Positions 57,866 to 61,590 of a stretch of DNA of 61,590 nt are shown here, one piece after another. Source of the DNA: Chthonomonadaceae bacterium (GTDB lineage: Bacteria > Armatimonadota > Chthonomonadetes > Chthonomonadales > Chthonomonadaceae); contig DASRGZ010000182.1 in NCBI GenBank assembly GCA_035650735.1, positions 1 through 61,590 on the forward strand. Reading direction: 5' to 3'. How positions within the stretch are numbered: position 1 is the stretch's first letter; each line of letters opens with the position of its first letter. Under the pieces are notes generated by a model, which worked only from the letters and a program-made list of their open reading frames with translations, had not been told where the DNA came from and searched no databases. The translations under genes and the position numbers were made by a program.

Positions 57866-58127
57866 ACCTAACCCCCCGGCCCCCACTGCCAGGGTCGGCG
57901 CTACAATGGACTGCAAGGGACGCCGCTCAACGGTTCGCGGCTCTGCCTTGAGACAGCCCTCCGCCTTGCGACCCTACTGCGTTCGCTTCGCTCACAGGGA
58001 AGGGGGGACCGACTTCTCCGTTTCCCCTCTGCCGCAGCGCCGGGGATCGTTAGGCGGAGGGCTGTGGCCAGGCGGAGGCAGGGGCCGTAACCCTGCCGAC
58101 CCTGGCAGTGGGGTGAGGGGGTGAGGG
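57866..58127. repeat. Composite REP-like element with inverted CCCCACTGCCAGGGTCGGC ends
   Basis: CCCCACTGCCAGGGTCGGC at ~57881 and its reverse complement at ~58095-58113. Confidence 0.75.
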
Positions 58128-58128
58128 C

Positions 58129-58860
58129 CTACCTTGTCTTTGGCAGCGTGATGGGAGGCGGGGAGATGTAGAGGGGAACCAGGGTCATGGGGTCGTCCGG
58201 CGCGGCGCCGGATTCTAGACGCTGATAAGCGAGATGGGCGATAAGGGCAGCGCGCGGATCGGAGGCCTTGCCGAAAGAGACCGTTAGGGCGTGCCCTTGC
58301 AGTCCGGTCCGCAGCTCTGCCGCATAACGCGGCACGGCAGGCCCGCAGAATACCAGATGGCGCGGCGCGTGCGCGCCAATCCGCACCAGGAGGTCCGCCA
58401 GCGGCAGCGCTGCCGGGCCCATCAACGGCGCGGGCGTCTCCCCTTCCACCACAAACAGGCCGGCATACACGACCCCGGCACGGCAGGGCAGGATCGGCGT
58501 GACCAACGTATCCCGCAGTCCCGCGTATTCCGCCGCCAGCGCTGCCAGCCCGACGACGCCGACGATAGGCTGACCTGTGACCGCCGCAAAGGTCTTGGCG
58601 GTCATGACCCCAATACGCGTTCCGGTAAACGACCCCGGCCCGATGCCGACGGCGAAGGCGGTCACGTCGTCCAGGGTAGCCTCGGCGTCGGCCAGCACGG
58701 CGTCTATGTGGCCCATCAGGCGCTCGGAGAGGTGCATGCCGTGCCGGAAACGGTGCTCACTGAGAAACTGCCGGCCCCGCTGCACGGCAACACCGCACAC
58801 ATCTCCCGACGTCTCCAGCGCCAGCAGCAGGCCCTCCGGCGGCTTTGCGGGCGCGCTCAT
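58129..58860 (-). CDS. tsaB: tRNA threonylcarbamoyladenosine biosynthesis protein TsaB
   Basis: 'LLALETS', 'AVGIGPGSFTG.RIG', 'P.Y' motifs; adjacent to tsaE. Confidence 0.92.
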   Translation of the reverse strand: MSAPAKPPEGLLLALETSGDVCGVAVQRGRQFLSEHRFRHGMHLSERLMGHIDAVLADAEATLDDVTAFAVGIGPGSFTGTRIGVMTAKTFAAVTGQPIVGVVGLAALAAEYAGLRDTLVTPILPCRAGVVYAGLFVVEGETPAPLMGPAALPLADLLVRIGAHAPRHLVFCGPAVPRYAAELRTGLQGHALTVSFGKASDPRAALIAHLAYQRLESGAAPDDPMTLVPLYISPPPITLPKTR

Positions 58861-59384
58861 GGGGCCGCGCCCTCCCGTTCCCTGCGCGCCTGCCACTCCG
58901 GCAGCGCCGCCAACTCCTGCACCAGCGCCCGATAGCGTTCTCCCGTCGCCTCCACGCGCACGCGGCGCGGCGCGTCCTCGTCGAGCGCCTCCGGCGTGCC
59001 GTCGCCAACAATCTCCAGCGTCAAGGTCAGCCGCTCCGGGGGCAAGAGCGCCAAGACCTTATCCGCCCACTCCACCACGACCACCCCGCCCCGCTCAAAA
59101 TACTCTTCCAGGCCCAGGTCGGCGGCATCCTCCGGGCGTTCCAGTCGGTACGGGTCGAAATGGAAAAGCGGTATCCTGCCGGGATACTCGTGGATCAGTG
59201 TAAAGGTAGGGCTGGTGACGGGCACCGTGACGCCCAGGCCGCGCGAGATCGCCTGCGTCAGCGTCGTCTTGCCCACGCCCAGATCGCCCACCAGCGCCAC
59301 GACGTCGCCGGGCTGCAAATGCGCCCCCAGCGCCGCGCCCCACCGCAGCGTCTCCTCTCGATTATCCAGCACAAAACGGGCCAT
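58857..59384 (-). CDS. tsaE: tRNA threonylcarbamoyladenosine biosynthesis ATPase TsaE
   Basis: 'L.GDLGVGKT', 'VTSPTFTLIHEY', 'HFD.YRL', 'VEWA'. Confidence 0.95.
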   Translation of the reverse strand: MARFVLDNREETLRWGAALGAHLQPGDVVALVGDLGVGKTTLTQAISRGLGVTVPVTSPTFTLIHEYPGRIPLFHFDPYRLERPEDAADLGLEEYFERGGVVVVEWADKVLALLPPERLTLTLEIVGDGTPEALDEDAPRRVRVEATGERYRALVQELAALPEWQARREREGAAP

Positions 59385-59403
59385 ACAATCATCCAGTTCA
59401 CGG

Positions 59404-59607
59404 AGTAGAATCCACAGATTACACCGATTAACACCGATTAAAACCAAAGACAAAAACCCTTTGGACAGGATGAACAGGATTTACAGGATTAGACAAAGAC
59501 AAACAAGCCTTGCTTCTCTGTGGGGTGGAAATCCGGTTCATCTCGTTCAGCCTGTCTGAATCGGTTTTTTTAATCGGTGTTAATCGGTGTAATCTGTGGA
59601 TTCTACT
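59404..59607. repeat. Nested inverted-repeat element with perfect 40-bp outer arms
   Basis: 59404-59443 is the reverse complement of 59568-59607; inner imperfect GACAGGATGAACAGG/...CCTGTC pair. Confidence 0.85.
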
Positions 59608-61590
59608 TGACCGGCTCCAGGCCGATAGCGTCCACCCCGATCAGGTAGCCGGTGGAGTTCGGGTTCTTGCCGACGGCGCGGAAGGTGATGCGGTGCGGCC
59701 CGGCGGTCAGTTCCACCGTGCCCAACTCCGTTCTGCCCTTTGCCAGTACTGGCGCGCTGTAGGTATCCGTCGGCGGGCCGACCGGATTCCCGTCTACTAA
59801 AACCTGCACGAGGGCATAGTCCCGTGAGGTCGTATAGTAGACGGAGAGGACGTACTTGCCGGTTTCCTGGACCGGCAGTTCCAGCGTTGCCTCCGCGCCG
59901 GGCTTCTGCCCCAGGAACCAGAACTGATCGTCGTTGCTCCAGTCCGGCCCGAAGCCCTGCATCTCCTGATGCGTCGCCTGGCCGTCTTTGGCCTCCAGCA
60001 CTTTGAGGCTTTCGGCTTCGAGGCTGTGCGGGTAGCGGCTCTTGCGCAGCGCGATATAGTCCAGCCAGAGCTCCGGCGACTTGACGGCGGGGTTCTGGCC
60101 TTTGACGATCAGGGTCAGGGTATGCGCGCCGGGCTTGAGTCCGAGGATACGCCCGAACCACATCCGCGCCGAAGGATTGCCGCCCTCCAGCCGCTCGGCA
60201 TAGGTATCTACGGGTGCCAGCGGCTCGCCGGCATCCACCTGCGCGGCAACGATGGGGCTATTCGGATGCCGCATAATGCCCAGTTCCAGCGCGTAATCGG
60301 CCTCGGCGGGCACGGAGATCGGCAGCTTGAGCGTGCCACCTGCCGCCTGCGGCTTCCAGATAAGGGCGCTGCCGCCGCTGAAGTTGTAGGTGGCGTCTTC
60401 GCGCCGCACGGCTCCCTGACCGCCGGCATCGGCCTTCTCCACCAGGCGCTCCGCCTCCAGGACTCCCTTCTCCTTGCGGCTCGGCTCCAGGCGCAGATAG
60501 TCCAGGTCCACGGTCGCGCCGGCGGGCACGTCAATGGTCAGCGTGTGCGCGCCGGGCAGCAGGCGGCGGGTCGTATGCTCGGAGTAGCGCTCTCCTTTCC
60601 GGAGCGGCTCCTCGGCGGGCGGCAGCAGCGCCTCGTCCAGCTTGTCCCCATCCAGCCACCAGCGCGACGAGAGCCGTCCGGTGCCCGGAGCGACCGGCTG
60701 ATACAGGCCGATGGTGTAGACATCGTCCTCCTGCACGTCGAACCGGAAGGTATGCAGACCGCCGTTCAGCGCCGCGAACTTGCCGTTGCTGGCCTCCTCC
60801 GGCAGCGGGCGATCTTCGCGCACCTGCGCCTGCCCCTCCGTCCACGTCAGGTCTTCGGCCTCCAGCGCGTCCGCGATCTTCATGCGCGCGGGCGTTAATT
60901 GGGCGACATTAATCGGCGACCAGTCGTGATCGGGCGTGGTCTGGTACCAGTAGGCCACACAGGCGTAGTCCGCGCCGGGATAGTCGTTCTTGCCGCCATG
61001 CTCGATGTCCACCCGGATCTCCTTTTGAAACGGCACGCAGTCCTGGATCTGGTAACGGTAGGCGGCGACGCGGGACATCTCATCGCTTTTGACAGTACAA
61101 CCGTGATAAGCCAGGCTGAACGGCCCCTCGTCGAAATACCAGCCGCCCGTATAGAAGTCCTCGGTGCCCGTGCCGTGAATGGAGGGAAACGCCTCGCCAT
61201 CCACATAAATCTGCTCGTCGCCCTCCAGAAACCCGATGCCCCGGTCGCCCTGCATGTCCGTATGCTCGCCGACGTAATGGCCGCGTCCGCTCACCTGGAG
61301 GATATGGAACGGCTCTCCGGCGACCGTCGTCTGCCGGTGCCACTGCGCGTGGAAGTAGCCCGCATCCGCCAGCGGCTTCTTGAGCGGACGATAGGCGAGG
61401 CTCCATATCACCTCGGAGAGCGCCGTCTGCCCGGCGTTGGCAAGCTCAAAGCGGGCGGAACGGGCGAACGGCATGGGCCAGAAGCAGACGTAGCCGTCGT
61501 CGGTCATAGCGCAGGGCAGCGCCGCGAACCGCTGATCGCCGAACCCGACGCCGAAGAAATCGCCCAGGGGAGCCTCGACGCCCGGCTTTT
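59603..61590 (-). CDS. DUF2961 / GH172-family protein with C-terminal beta-sandwich repeats (5' truncated)
   Basis: 'EAPLGDFFG', 'WPMPF', 'YFHAQW', 'EGDEQIYVDGE..PS..GTGTED', 'FQKEIRV.IEHG'; repeated '(L)EAE.L...G.H...LDY' modules. Confidence 0.85.
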   Translation of the reverse strand, partial: KPGVEAPLGDFFGVGFGDQRFAALPCAMTDDGYVCFWPMPFARSARFELANAGQTALSEVIWSLAYRPLKKPLADAGYFHAQWHRQTTVAGEPFHILQVSGRGHYVGEHTDMQGDRGIGFLEGDEQIYVDGEAFPSIHGTGTEDFYTGGWYFDEGPFSLAYHGCTVKSDEMSRVAAYRYQIQDCVPFQKEIRVDIEHGGKNDYPGADYACVAYWYQTTPDHDWSPINVAQLTPARMKIADALEAEDLTWTEGQAQVREDRPLPEEASNGKFAALNGGLHTFRFDVQEDDVYTIGLYQPVAPGTGRLSSRWWLDGDKLDEALLPPAEEPLRKGERYSEHTTRRLLPGAHTLTIDVPAGATVDLDYLRLEPSRKEKGVLEAERLVEKADAGGQGAVRREDATYNFSGGSALIWKPQAAGGTLKLPISVPAEADYALELGIMRHPNSPIVAAQVDAGEPLAPVDTYAERLEGGNPSARMWFGRILGLKPGAHTLTLIVKGQNPAVKSPELWLDYIALRKSRYPHSLEAESLKVLEAKDGQATHQEMQGFGPDWSNDDQFWFLGQKPGAEATLELPVQETGKYVLSVYYTTSRDYALVQVLVDGNPVGPPTDTYSAPVLAKGRTELGTVELTAGPHRITFRAVGKNPNSTGYLIGVDAIGLEPVK

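Overview
GC-rich bacterial chromosomal window from a diderm (two predicted outer-membrane beta-barrels). Armatimonadota-like is only an impression and is untested. Left part: PadR / Tat-hemerythrin / histidine-phosphatase operon, tRNA-Lys(CTT), kynB-like cyclase, sugar-phosphate isomerase, serine hydrolase, NTP transferase, ispE, rarA, isochorismatase, two trkA-type genes, and a short ppx plus separate HD gene. These are followed by SGNH, methyltransferase and GNAT genes, a PAS-GAF HisKA_2 kinase and a split chrA pair. Middle: a polyphosphate-centred locus (long ppx/gppA, ppk2, CHAD) with a secreted atypical kinase-fold protein, a secreted CX5R phosphatase, an HD-cNMP protein and a peptidase-like/ABC/cNMP fusion exporter. 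Right: an ~18 kb co-oriented cluster with four B12-binding radical SAM enzymes, one radical SAM/SPASM enzyme, two methyltransferases, two GT4 and two GT-C glycosyltransferases, an NTP_transf_5 nucleotidyltransferase, an HPr-kinase-like protein and a Cyc2-like cytochrome-porin. It is followed by tsaB, tsaE and a partial DUF2961/GH172 gene. Intergenic DNA is rich in nested REP/MITE-like elements. It also shows a recurring signature of ~28-40 bp direct duplications flanking ~23-50 bp inserts, and two candidate structured RNAs. No cas, transposase or integrase gene is visible. All calls come from motif reading by eye; no searches were run.
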